Assembly (NCBI GenBank): GCA_041738795.1
Contig: JBGSPB010000015.1
Coordinates: 108,227-172,226 of the forward strand
Length of the DNA stretch: 64,000 bases
Reading direction: 5' to 3'
Source: Chitinophagaceae bacterium
GTDB taxonomy: Bacteria; Bacteroidota; Bacteroidia; Chitinophagales; Chitinophagaceae
This document shows, in pieces, positions 9,638 to 18,700 of this stretch (position 1 is the first letter of the stretch; each line of letters begins with the position of its first letter). The notes under the pieces are model-generated. The model did no database searches and was not told the DNA's origin. It was given only the letters and a program-made list of their open reading frames with translations. Both the position numbers and the translations under genes were made by a program.

Positions 9638-9743
9638 TACTCACTTTTTTTGGTTAAAAAATCTCGCTCCTCAGTACTATAATTCGCTGGTGATTTACTC
9701 AACTTGGCAAGCTTGAACAAGCGGCATTAATACACCACGAGTT

Positions 9744-9751
9744 CAAAATTA
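9744..9751 (-). promoter_or_regulatory. Bacteroidota -7 promoter element for the integrase
   Basis: TAATTTTG on the minus strand matches TAnnTTTG, ~105 nt upstream of the int ATG. Confidence 0.55.
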
Positions 9752-9774
9752 CCGGTGTCGTCCGGATGAATTCC

Positions 9775-9805
9775 ATTCACCGGTTTATTCACCTTTCTGG
9801 TGAAT
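9775..9805. repeat. Three ATTCACC heptamers at 12-bp spacing (candidate integrase arm-type sites)
   Basis: ATTCACC at 9775 and 9787, inverted GGTGAAT at 9799, between int and the tRNA. Confidence 0.5.
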
Positions 9806-9835
9806 GACTTTGTAGTTATTTGAATGATTTGGGGA

Positions 9836-9866
9836 AAACAAAAACCGCAAATCATTGATTTGCGGT
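9836..9866 (-). terminator. Intrinsic terminator downstream of tRNA-Pro, inside the element end
   Basis: ACCGCAAATCA-N-TGATTTGCGGT perfect 11-bp inverted repeat (9844-9866), followed on the minus strand by TTTTGTTTT. Confidence 0.7.
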
Positions 9867-9894
9867 CATTTGTATAAACTTAGAAAGCTGTATG

Positions 9895-9968
9895 TCGGGA
9901 AGACAGGATTCGAACCTGCGACCCCCTGGTCCCAAACCAGGTGCGCTACCGGCCTGCGCTACTTCCCG
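9895..9968 (-). tRNA. tRNA-Pro (anticodon UGG)
   Basis: Minus strand CGGGAAG..GCGC/GCGC D arm, CCTGG-TTTGGGA-CCAGG anticodon arm, GCAGG-TTCGAAT-CCTGT T arm, CTTCCCG-A; CCA not encoded. Confidence 0.97.
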
Positions 9969-9999
9969 GGCCTCCAATCCGTAAGTCGGAATTGGGGTG

Positions 10000-10007
10000 C
10001 AAATATA
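10000..10007 (-). promoter_or_regulatory. -7 promoter element of tRNA-Pro
   Basis: TATATTTG (TAnnTTTG) ~30 nt upstream of the tRNA. Confidence 0.65.
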
Positions 10008-10068
10008 AAGGCTTCTGACCTATTTACCGTGGGTTTTTTGAAAAGAATAATCGGGCCCCTTTTCCGAA

Positions 10069-10097
10069 CAAAACAGGCCCGCCAAAGGCAGGCCTGT
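10069..10097 (-). terminator. Intrinsic terminator after the metallopeptidase gene
   Basis: Minus strand ACAGGCCTGCC-TTT-GGCGGGCCTGT followed by TTTGTT. Confidence 0.7.
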
Positions 10098-10117
10098 ACT
10101 TTAATTCTATGGTAATT

Positions 10118-11425
10118 TTATCTGGGCAGGCTTAATGGAGTGGTTGTTGAAAAATACATCAACTTATCCATTTGCTTATTTGCAACATCATCCAGGTAAA
10201 CAGCAAAAACAACAATTACTTTTTTGCCATAGGTTTCAGGCACATAGTCGAATGGTAAAAACAATTCAAAATTTTTCTTTGTTTTATTATAGCTGACTTT
10301 TGAATTGGGCAAAAGATTCATCTTTTTATAGGCTGCCACAGTTCCGCCCCAGTTATAATAAAGGCTACTTGTTTTTAAATAATAACCGTCTTCTGTTGCC
10401 AGCCTCGCCACAAAATAAACTTCACCTAATTTCGGATTGGTCTTCAGATCAAATGAAGGTTCAATAACCAGCCCGTTGCGGGTAGTATTTGATACAACAT
10501 TTAGCTTGGCAAAGTTGGTAATATCCACTTTAGGAACTACCAGGCTGGAAACTTTTTGATTTTTTGGATATAATGCGGCAATCAACGATTTGTCACCCTG
10601 TGAAAGCTCATAATTATCTTTCAGCGAATATCCATCTGTTGTTTGCCATGGTTCAATGGAGTAATGCATGATCGACTTTGGATCATAGGTAGTTCCATTG
10701 GTATAAAATTGGTCAGCCACTTCAAATACGTTGAAGTCAACTTTAGCCCTGTCCCAACCCTGTGATTGTAAGTAATAATTATAAACGGAGTCTGTTCTTT
10801 TCCAGTTAACTGCTCCCGGAAAGCTTTGCTCATGCAATAATCCGATTGCATGGCCGAATTCATGTGTAACAACGCGACGTAATTCCTTTTCATTCCAGCG
10901 ATTGGGCTCTTCTTTCATTTCTGCAGCCAGCTGGTTCAGGTTATACGGAGGCTTGATACCCTTTCTTTGAAGTTTTGCGAGATAATAATCAATATCCGCA
11001 AAGAATAAAGTATCGAAATTCATAGTCTGCTCACTCTGCGATCTGAAATTAGACTCGGTTCCAACAGCAGAATTATGCCCGGAACCTTTACCTAATTTAA
11101 CCCTGATATTCGTGTTGCGGACTGTATCCGCTACAAACTGAAACTTGAGATTCGCATATTTCTCCCACTCTTTTGCACTAAGCATTACTTTATCTCTCAG
11201 TACTTTACTACCACCTGGCATAAATTTCACCAAAAGAACGGAGCCGTTTTCCCAGGTATGGTAATTATCACTTACCCCCCTTGGTTTAGTGGTATCCACT
11301 TCGGAAAACATTGCTTCAGCCAAAACGGTACTGCAACCAGGTTTGGGAAATTTTTGTGCAGATAAACTGCTGCCCACAAAAAATAAAACTGCTGTTAAAA
11401 TCAGGTACCTCTTCATATTGTTCAT
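10118..11425 (-). CDS. Secreted astacin-like (M12, metzincin) zinc metallopeptidase with C-terminal accessory domain
   Basis: Signal peptide, HEFGHAIGLLHEQ (HExxHxxGxxH) and Met-turn YDPKSIMHY. Confidence 0.88.
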   Translation of the reverse strand: MNNMKRYLILTAVLFFVGSSLSAQKFPKPGCSTVLAEAMFSEVDTTKPRGVSDNYHTWENGSVLLVKFMPGGSKVLRDKVMLSAKEWEKYANLKFQFVADTVRNTNIRVKLGKGSGHNSAVGTESNFRSQSEQTMNFDTLFFADIDYYLAKLQRKGIKPPYNLNQLAAEMKEEPNRWNEKELRRVVTHEFGHAIGLLHEQSFPGAVNWKRTDSVYNYYLQSQGWDRAKVDFNVFEVADQFYTNGTTYDPKSIMHYSIEPWQTTDGYSLKDNYELSQGDKSLIAALYPKNQKVSSLVVPKVDITNFAKLNVVSNTTRNGLVIEPSFDLKTNPKLGEVYFVARLATEDGYYLKTSSLYYNWGGTVAAYKKMNLLPNSKVSYNKTKKNFELFLPFDYVPETYGKKVIVVFAVYLDDVANKQMDKLMYFSTTTPLSLPR

Positions 11426-11552
11426 TTTAATTTATAATCGAATATACCACCCTTTTTGAATTTAGATAATACCCTTTGAACGGTATATTGCCAGGTAACA
11501 GGCATTTGTTACCCGGATTCCTTAATAAAAATTGATTATGGGAAATGAATAA

Positions 11553-12581
11553 TCACCAGACATTCCGCGGGCAATTATCCGGGTACCCACCAATAACAAA
11601 GCCCAGCAAAATTTCATGAGTTCCCTTACTGAAATTATTCAAGCGGGATGTGGTATAATCATAGGAATACCCAATATGAAAAATATTAGAGACATTCAGA
11701 CCCATCATGCCGGCATAGCCATCTTTATGCCTGTAACTTCCCCCGATCCATAACCTGTCGAGATACTGTAATTTAAGATTGCCCTCCACCTGTACCGGCA
11801 AAGGATCTACATATTTCACCATCAGGGATGGTATCAGGTTAAAATTATCGCCCAGCGAAAAGCGATACCCGGCAGTTCCAAAAAGATGGGGCACTGTTCT
11901 GCCTTCTTTTGGCCGGATATACCCATTGGAGAAATCAATTTTTTGTGGCACTACCTGCTGTGCAGAAACGCCAATAAAATAATCAGCAGAATACAGGTAC
12001 AAACCAGCCATCATATCCAGTCTTGTTTTGTTCAGGATACCTGAAGTAAACACAGCAGGATCGGCTATTACATCGCCAAAATCGAGTTTATCAGCATTGA
12101 GACTAATACGATTAAATCCGACCCCAAAACCTGCGGACAGGCTGGTACGGGCAGAAAGAGCCAGGTGATAAGCGTAAGTGCCATAAAGGGAAAAATTACT
12201 CAACGGGCCTGTAATATCATTGATCACCTGCAATCCGATGCCATGATGGGGTGCCGGTGCTGTATATTCTTCCCAGTATCTCTTACCACGGGGATTCTCC
12301 CCTTTCAAATCAAATGAAGTAGCTGTTTTGCGATAGTCTGATTTACCAATTGGTCCATGAACAGAAAGATAAGAGGTAATAGGTGCATCCTGGATACCTA
12401 CCCACTGGTGACGGTGGCTAACTTTCAAATCAGTATAATTCTCGATACCCGTCAATGCCGGGTTGACAATATACTGGTTAAGGATATATTGGGTGTAATG
12501 TGGTTTCTGCTGCGCTAAAACAGGCAATGTTGCCATACCACCCAACACAATCACTATCACAAGAAAAATATTTTTCTTCAT
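11553..12581 (-). CDS. PorP/SprF family T9SS outer-membrane beta-barrel protein
   Basis: QQKPHYTQY..NPALTG..HRHQWVGIQDAP..GYSYDYTTS..GTHEILLG pattern. Confidence 0.92.
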   Translation of the reverse strand: MKKNIFLVIVIVLGGMATLPVLAQQKPHYTQYILNQYIVNPALTGIENYTDLKVSHRHQWVGIQDAPITSYLSVHGPIGKSDYRKTATSFDLKGENPRGKRYWEEYTAPAPHHGIGLQVINDITGPLSNFSLYGTYAYHLALSARTSLSAGFGVGFNRISLNADKLDFGDVIADPAVFTSGILNKTRLDMMAGLYLYSADYFIGVSAQQVVPQKIDFSNGYIRPKEGRTVPHLFGTAGYRFSLGDNFNLIPSLMVKYVDPLPVQVEGNLKLQYLDRLWIGGSYRHKDGYAGMMGLNVSNIFHIGYSYDYTTSRLNNFSKGTHEILLGFVIGGYPDNCPRNVW

Positions 12582-12648
12582 TGCTGTTTCGCTTTCAGAT
12601 CAGTAAACGGATTTTAAAAACGGGGCCTATTCCTGCTATTGTTGGTTT

Positions 12649-14643
12649 TTACTCGTTCTTTAATACTTTGAATTCAGTTCTCCTGTTTTTCTCTCTTCCT
12701 TCAGGATTGTCTTTACCATCAACTTCATTTGGAGAAATCGGCATTGCTTCACCATATCCTTTTGCAACTAATCTTTCAACCGAAATTCCTTTTTCCACCA
12801 GGTATTTCACCACACTTTGTGCTCTTGCTTCAGACAATTTCATATTATAAGTGTCAGAACCTTTACTATCGGTATGTGCACCCAGTTCAATGGCCATATT
12901 TGGATATGTATTCAGCATTCGTACCACTTCATCCAATGCAGGATATGATTCCGGTTTCAGGTCAGCTTTGTTGAAATCATAATATACATTCTCTATAACA
13001 AATTTCTCATCTACTTTTGGCGCTTCTGGCACCAGGCAAAGATCAGGATACCTCATACTTTCTTCTTCCAGGTCAGCCGGTGTTCCAACATTGGCAGCAT
13101 TGCTTATAAACCCTTTGGCTTCGGCTTGTACTTTCAACGGCTGGTGATCTTCCATAGTAAAGGAATATGTACCGTCAGCTCCCACTTCCTTTGAATAAAT
13201 TGTTTTATTACTGGCTGGATCAACAATGGTTACAGTGGCACCACTCAGTGGTTTGGAAGGATCGCAGGAAAGCACACGGCCGCTCAGTTGCCTGAGTGGT
13301 CTTACTTTCTGTAATGCAAATAGCTCGAGACAGCACACTGCATCCCGGTCAGAGCTCAGCATTACATTTTCAAGTACATTTTTAGCAGATCCCCTGCTCA
13401 CCATGTAAATATCATCTTTCACTGAATTGACAGGATAGCCCATATTCACCGGCTCAGTCCAGTTACCGATATTTCCCTTACTGCGGAAGAAATCATATCC
13501 TCCCATTCCCACTCTACCGTTTGAAGAAAAGATCAGCGAAGCAGATGCTTCATGATAAGCAGGTGCCTGTTCATCATAGCTGGTATTGATAGCAGCACCC
13601 ATGTTGACCGGAGTACCGGTTGTTCCATTCTCCAATGGTGCATACCATAGATCATATCCCCCTTGTCCGCCTGTCCTGTTACTGGAGAATAAAAGATATT
13701 TGCCATCAGCTGTAACAAAAGGTTGCTGTGTATTAGCTCCGTTTGCATTGATCGATTCACCGAGTTTAACAGGCTCACTCCATCCATCATTGGTTTTACT
13801 GCTGGAATAGATGGCAGCTGATTTTTTATCACCGGAAATACCCCATTTGGTCAGGTACATGGTGTTGCCATCAGGCGTAACCGTTACCACTCCCTGTTGC
13901 ATCCCTTTTTCCTGGGGAATAGTAGCCAGGCTAATACTGGCAAGGGTCCCTGCATCGTAAACAGCCTGGTAAACACGATTGGTATATACCATCGTTTTGG
14001 CGGTAGTGTCCTGCGGCCTTGTTGAAGTAAATAACAATGTATTTGAATTCAGCCAGGCTGGTGCATAACTGGCGCCTTTTGCATTCAATTCTCCCCCTGC
14101 TTTATTAATAGTATAATACTTCAGGTCTTTTTTAACAAGCTCTGCCTGTATGAATTGCAGGTTCTTCAATTCTCTCTCTGCATTTTTCTTATACTCATCA
14201 TTTGCCGGATATCCTGATAAGAATGTTCTAAAATTTTGTTCCGCCTCCGCATATTTTCCCAAAGCCCTCAGCTGTGCCGCATAATGATATTGCGCCAGCG
14301 GGAATTGCTTTTTATTCGCCACCATCACTTCTTTATATTGAGGCTCAGCCTTGGATGGATAGTTGAGCAAACGATAACATTCTGCCAGGTTATACATTGC
14401 CTGCTCCTGGTTGACGGCAGCCGCAGCTGTTTTCTTAGATGAATTCTGGGGAGTGTAAGGTTTAAACTCTTTGTCTTTGCCGGTCTTATCACCACCCATA
14501 TATTTTTCATAGTATTCAGCAGCAGACGCATAGTCGCCTTTCTGAAAATAATCATCAGCAGCTTTCAGGTAATCATACACAAATTGTGCATGCAACGAAG
14601 CGAAAGAAAAAAGAACAGCCGTTAAAACAAATATTTTTTTCAT
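12649..14643 (-). CDS. PorE-like protein: TPR - PD40 propeller - carboxypeptidase-regulatory-like - OmpA_C peptidoglycan-binding domain
   Basis: N-terminal TPRs, PD40 repeats (LLFSSNRTGGQGGYDLW, FSSNGRVGMGGYD), OmpA_C VYYDFNK..HTDSKG..YNMKLSEARA..NRRTEF. Confidence 0.92.
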   Translation of the reverse strand: MKKIFVLTAVLFSFASLHAQFVYDYLKAADDYFQKGDYASAAEYYEKYMGGDKTGKDKEFKPYTPQNSSKKTAAAAVNQEQAMYNLAECYRLLNYPSKAEPQYKEVMVANKKQFPLAQYHYAAQLRALGKYAEAEQNFRTFLSGYPANDEYKKNAERELKNLQFIQAELVKKDLKYYTINKAGGELNAKGASYAPAWLNSNTLLFTSTRPQDTTAKTMVYTNRVYQAVYDAGTLASISLATIPQEKGMQQGVVTVTPDGNTMYLTKWGISGDKKSAAIYSSSKTNDGWSEPVKLGESINANGANTQQPFVTADGKYLLFSSNRTGGQGGYDLWYAPLENGTTGTPVNMGAAINTSYDEQAPAYHEASASLIFSSNGRVGMGGYDFFRSKGNIGNWTEPVNMGYPVNSVKDDIYMVSRGSAKNVLENVMLSSDRDAVCCLELFALQKVRPLRQLSGRVLSCDPSKPLSGATVTIVDPASNKTIYSKEVGADGTYSFTMEDHQPLKVQAEAKGFISNAANVGTPADLEEESMRYPDLCLVPEAPKVDEKFVIENVYYDFNKADLKPESYPALDEVVRMLNTYPNMAIELGAHTDSKGSDTYNMKLSEARAQSVVKYLVEKGISVERLVAKGYGEAMPISPNEVDGKDNPEGREKNRRTEFKVLKNE

Positions 14644-14681
14644 ACTAGTTGGTTGCAGTAATTAAAATTCGGTTTCAAATA

Positions 14682-15692
14682 TTATAATCTCGGACAAACA
14701 AATTCCACCTCCGGTGTTTTGGTTGATTTCTTTCCAATGATAGACAGGGAAATCTCAAAACTATTGGATCCATTCACCAGCTTTCCAAGATCTGAAGAGT
14801 TAATATCATAACTGGCACCCAGCATCATATTCTTATAGGTAAATCCAAAGAAAGGTGATATCGCATCTTCAAAACGATAGTTGGCGCCGATCAGCAGGTT
14901 AACCTCTGAAGTAGCTTTGTATTGCCCGTATGCACCTGCCATTTTTTCGGTTGCGGTACCCTGTGATAAATAAAGAAAATTAGGTGTGATGCTGAACCTG
15001 TCAGATAAAGTGAACCGTATACCTGCATGTGCAGTATATCGCATCGGAAATTTTTCATCTCCGCTGGCACTGAACTTATCTTCAGGTTTGGTGAGATGTG
15101 ATGCAGAAAAGCCTGCATACAGGTTTGCTTTCTTACCGGGTTGCGCATCAAAATATAAAACGCCTGCACCCATATCAAATGCGGTGGCTGAGGTTCTGTT
15201 GAGTACATCAGACGATGGATTGCCGGGATTATATCCAAAAACAGGATTCCATTGGTCTCCAAATGTCATCTTATTGCGGTCAAAACGACGTTGAATAATA
15301 CCGGCCTGCATACCAAATACCACACGGTGCTCTTCATTTTTTCCAAAACGAACACCTGTATAGGCAATGTTTCCATATGCCGTGGTATAACCATACCCTC
15401 CATCTCCTGCAGTTTGTTTCAAGACACTTACTCCCAGGTTGATCTTTTTTTCTGTTGTGAATTCAGCACTGGCTCCATACGTTGTAAACGGACTGGAAAT
15501 ATTACCCCACTGGTTGCGGTAAACACCGGAAACCCGGTACTGACCGTCAAAAGCACCTGTCAGTGCAGGATTAAGCCAGGACGGATACACATAGTACTGT
15601 GAGAAATGCGGATCAACCTGTGCATTTGCTTTACTAACTGCAAGGCCAATTGACAGCATTAACAATGAAATTCGTAAGCTCTTTCGCATCAC
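14682..15692 (-). CDS. PorP/SprF family T9SS outer-membrane beta-barrel protein
   Basis: QVDPHFSQYY..NPALTG..YRNQW..GASYDIN.S..SFEISL pattern. Confidence 0.92.
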   Translation of the reverse strand: MMRKSLRISLLMLSIGLAVSKANAQVDPHFSQYYVYPSWLNPALTGAFDGQYRVSGVYRNQWGNISSPFTTYGASAEFTTEKKINLGVSVLKQTAGDGGYGYTTAYGNIAYTGVRFGKNEEHRVVFGMQAGIIQRRFDRNKMTFGDQWNPVFGYNPGNPSSDVLNRTSATAFDMGAGVLYFDAQPGKKANLYAGFSASHLTKPEDKFSASGDEKFPMRYTAHAGIRFTLSDRFSITPNFLYLSQGTATEKMAGAYGQYKATSEVNLLIGANYRFEDAISPFFGFTYKNMMLGASYDINSSDLGKLVNGSNSFEISLSIIGKKSTKTPEVEFVCPRL

Positions 15693-15743
15693 ATTTAATT
15701 TTGGTTCATTAAAAAAATTTACTTCTGTTCAGTTACTGTATTA

Positions 15744-18700
15744 CTACCGGATGATCGTTACCGATCCGCTCAACGGCTTGAATCCATTTTGCAACTGAAT
15801 GATATAATAATAAGTGCCCGCAGGCAGTTCCTTTCCTTTATACGTACCATTCCACGGCGTGCCATAACCAGCAGAAAAATATACCTGCTGACCATACCGG
15901 TTAAATACTTCTACGGTACACCCCGGGTAATCACCAAGGTTGGGTATCATCCATTGGTCATGTATATTATCTCCATTGGGTGAGAATACATTCGGTACTT
16001 TAACCAGCTTCAGAATTTTCACTGTCATCTGATCTGTTGCCGTACAGCCAAAATCTCCCGTTGCGGTGAGTGTATACACCTGATCCTGGAGGGCTGTCAG
16101 TGTCGGGTTCAGTATTGTATTACTGCTTAAACCAAAACCAGGAGACCAGTTGAAAACCAGGTTAGATGAGTTTGCAGTGGCATTCAATTGCAATACAGTT
16201 CCCTGTGGCAGTACATACGACTGGCCCGCATCAATTACCGGCTGCAGGTGTACCGTAACCGGCAATACAAAAGGTTCTGAAACACAACCAACCGCATTCG
16301 TTACTGTTAGCCTTACATTATACACTCCCGGCGTATTGAAACGCTTGGTGGGGTTGCTTGCAGAAGATGTACCGCCATCAGCAAAGTTCCATGCCCATGA
16401 TTGTATGGTGCTGTTTGGTGCGGAACTGCCATCGGTGAACACATTATCTGCACCCTGGCAAAGCTCCTGTGGTGATACACTGAATGAAGCCTGTGGTTTA
16501 TCAAAGAAACTATTCATTGGTTTAGTAACCTGCTGCACACATCCGAAAGCAGAAGTCGATACTAATGTTACATTGTAATTACCAGATGCGGCGTATACAT
16601 GTGAAGGATTAGTGACTGTTGATGTATTACCATCACCAAAATTCCATACATGTGTTAAAGCAGAATTATCAGCTACCGCAGTAAGGTTAGTGAAAGCAGC
16701 AGTGCCACCCGGCATACAAATACCGGTTGGCACAGTAAAGTCTGCCACCGGCAACGGGCTTATCCGGATTGCTTGTGAAACAGGTTCACTAAAGCATCCC
16801 CTGTCACTCACTGTTACTAACTGCACATTGTACGTGTTGGCCGATGTATAGTTAAACGTAAATGGATTACCATTGGTATAAGAGGGTGTGTTGCCATCAC
16901 CGAGATTCCAGTTCCAGGTAGTGATGGTTCCGGATGGAACAGCAGATGTATTCGTGAATGTAACTGCCTGTCCCAGGCAAGCGCCGTTATTACCACTGGC
17001 AGTAAAGGAAGCTGTTGGCCTCGGGTAAACTTCAATTGTATTATTCACCGTGCCGGTACATCCGCCAGCAGTAGTAAAAGTATAGGTAATGGTATGTACA
17101 CCCGGGCCTGCCACATTGGGGTCAAACAACCCGGCAGCGTTTACTCCGGGACCACTGTATACACCGGTTCCTGTTACACCATTCGTTGCCGTTGCTGATG
17201 CAATGGAAGATGGGGCTGCACCCGGGTTCTGGCATACATTTGTCAATGCAGGGAATGATAATGCCGGTGTTACCGCAAAACTGGCTGTAATATTCGTATC
17301 CTTCACACATCCATTAGAAGAAGTTGCTTGTAAATTGATCGTATAGGTTCCTTCCAAATAGTTATGTGTTGGATTTTGTGCTGTTGATGTATTTGGATTA
17401 GCTCCACCTGCATTGGGATCATTAAAATTCCACAACCATGTCATGGTTTGCGCATCAGGTATGGTACTGGTGTTGGTGAATTGTACTTGTCCTGTCGTAG
17501 GCAAACAACCTGCAACAGGTAATGTAAAGCTGGTTCTCGGTCTTGCATGCACCTGTATGTTCTGTGTGGTTGTTTGTACACAACCACCCGTTGACGTGAA
17601 AGTATAAGTGATCGTATGTGTTCCAAACCCAGCGATAGCAGGATTGAACATACCGGCTGCATCTGTACCCGGACCACTATATACACCTGTACCTGCCACA
17701 CCATTTGTTACGTTGGCGGTAGCCACGGAAACAGCTGCTGCATTTTCACAAACTGCAGGTAATGCAGCATAAGAAAGTAATGGTGTTACAGCAAAACTGG
17801 TAGTGATATTTGTATCCTTCACACAACCGTTAGAGGAAGTTGCCAGTAAATTGATCGTATAGGTTCCTTCCAAATAGTTATGTGCCGGATTTTGTGCTGT
17901 TGATGTGTTTGGATTTCCTGGCGTCGCAATCGGATCACCGAAATTCCACAACCATGTCATAGTTTGTGCATCAGGAATAGTACTGCTGTTGGTAAACTGT
18001 ACCTGTCCGTTAGCAGGTAAACAACCACTTGCCGGGATTGTAAAGTTTGTTCTCGGTCTTGCATGCACCAGTATGGTTTGTGAAACAGAATCAATACAAC
18101 CGGCACCGGATGTAAGCTTGTACCAGATAGTATGTGTGCCATAGCCGGCTACTGCCGGTGTGAACAGACCTGCTGAAGTAGTACCCGGTCCCTCGTAAAT
18201 ACCTGTACCTGTTACACCATTTGTAACAGTTGCATTCGCAATAGAATAAGCTGGCGCATTTTCACAAACTGCATTCAGCAATGGATAAGTGAGAGCAGGT
18301 TTTAAATTAAAGGTGACTGTTTGTGTTGTATTCTCTGTACAGCCATTAGCAGTTGTCGCACTGAAATTGATCGTATAGGTTCCCTGCTGGTAATTATGTG
18401 TAGGGTTTTGCAGTACCGATGTGTTCGGATTACCGGGTGTTGCATTTGGATCACCAAAGTTCCAGGCATAGGTACTTATAGTTTGCCCATCAGGTGTTGT
18501 AGCAGTACCGGTAAACTGTACCAATCCTGCCGGAGACAAACAACCGGCTGCATCATTGGTAAACGAGACTGCAGGTTTGGCATAAACGGTCACTACCCTG
18601 CTCACCGTATCACTTACACAACTGGCGCTGGAACGAGCCACATGTTTAATTGTATAAGTACCATATGCGGGATAAGTGTAGGTTATAGATGGACCATTTG

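Larger units (their letters stand above)
1..9895. mobile_element. Right arm of an integrative conjugative/mobilizable element integrated at tRNA-Pro(UGG); left end lies outside the window
   Basis: Relaxase, coupling protein, defence cargo and tyrosine integrase end ~260 bp from the tRNA-Pro 3' end. Cargo 3.3-7.1 kb is visibly more AT-rich than host genes. The second att copy is not in the window. Confidence 0.88.

Noticed and set aside
9855-10115. 86-aa ORF on +
   Set aside because: It is the antisense translation of tRNA-Pro and its promoter and terminator.
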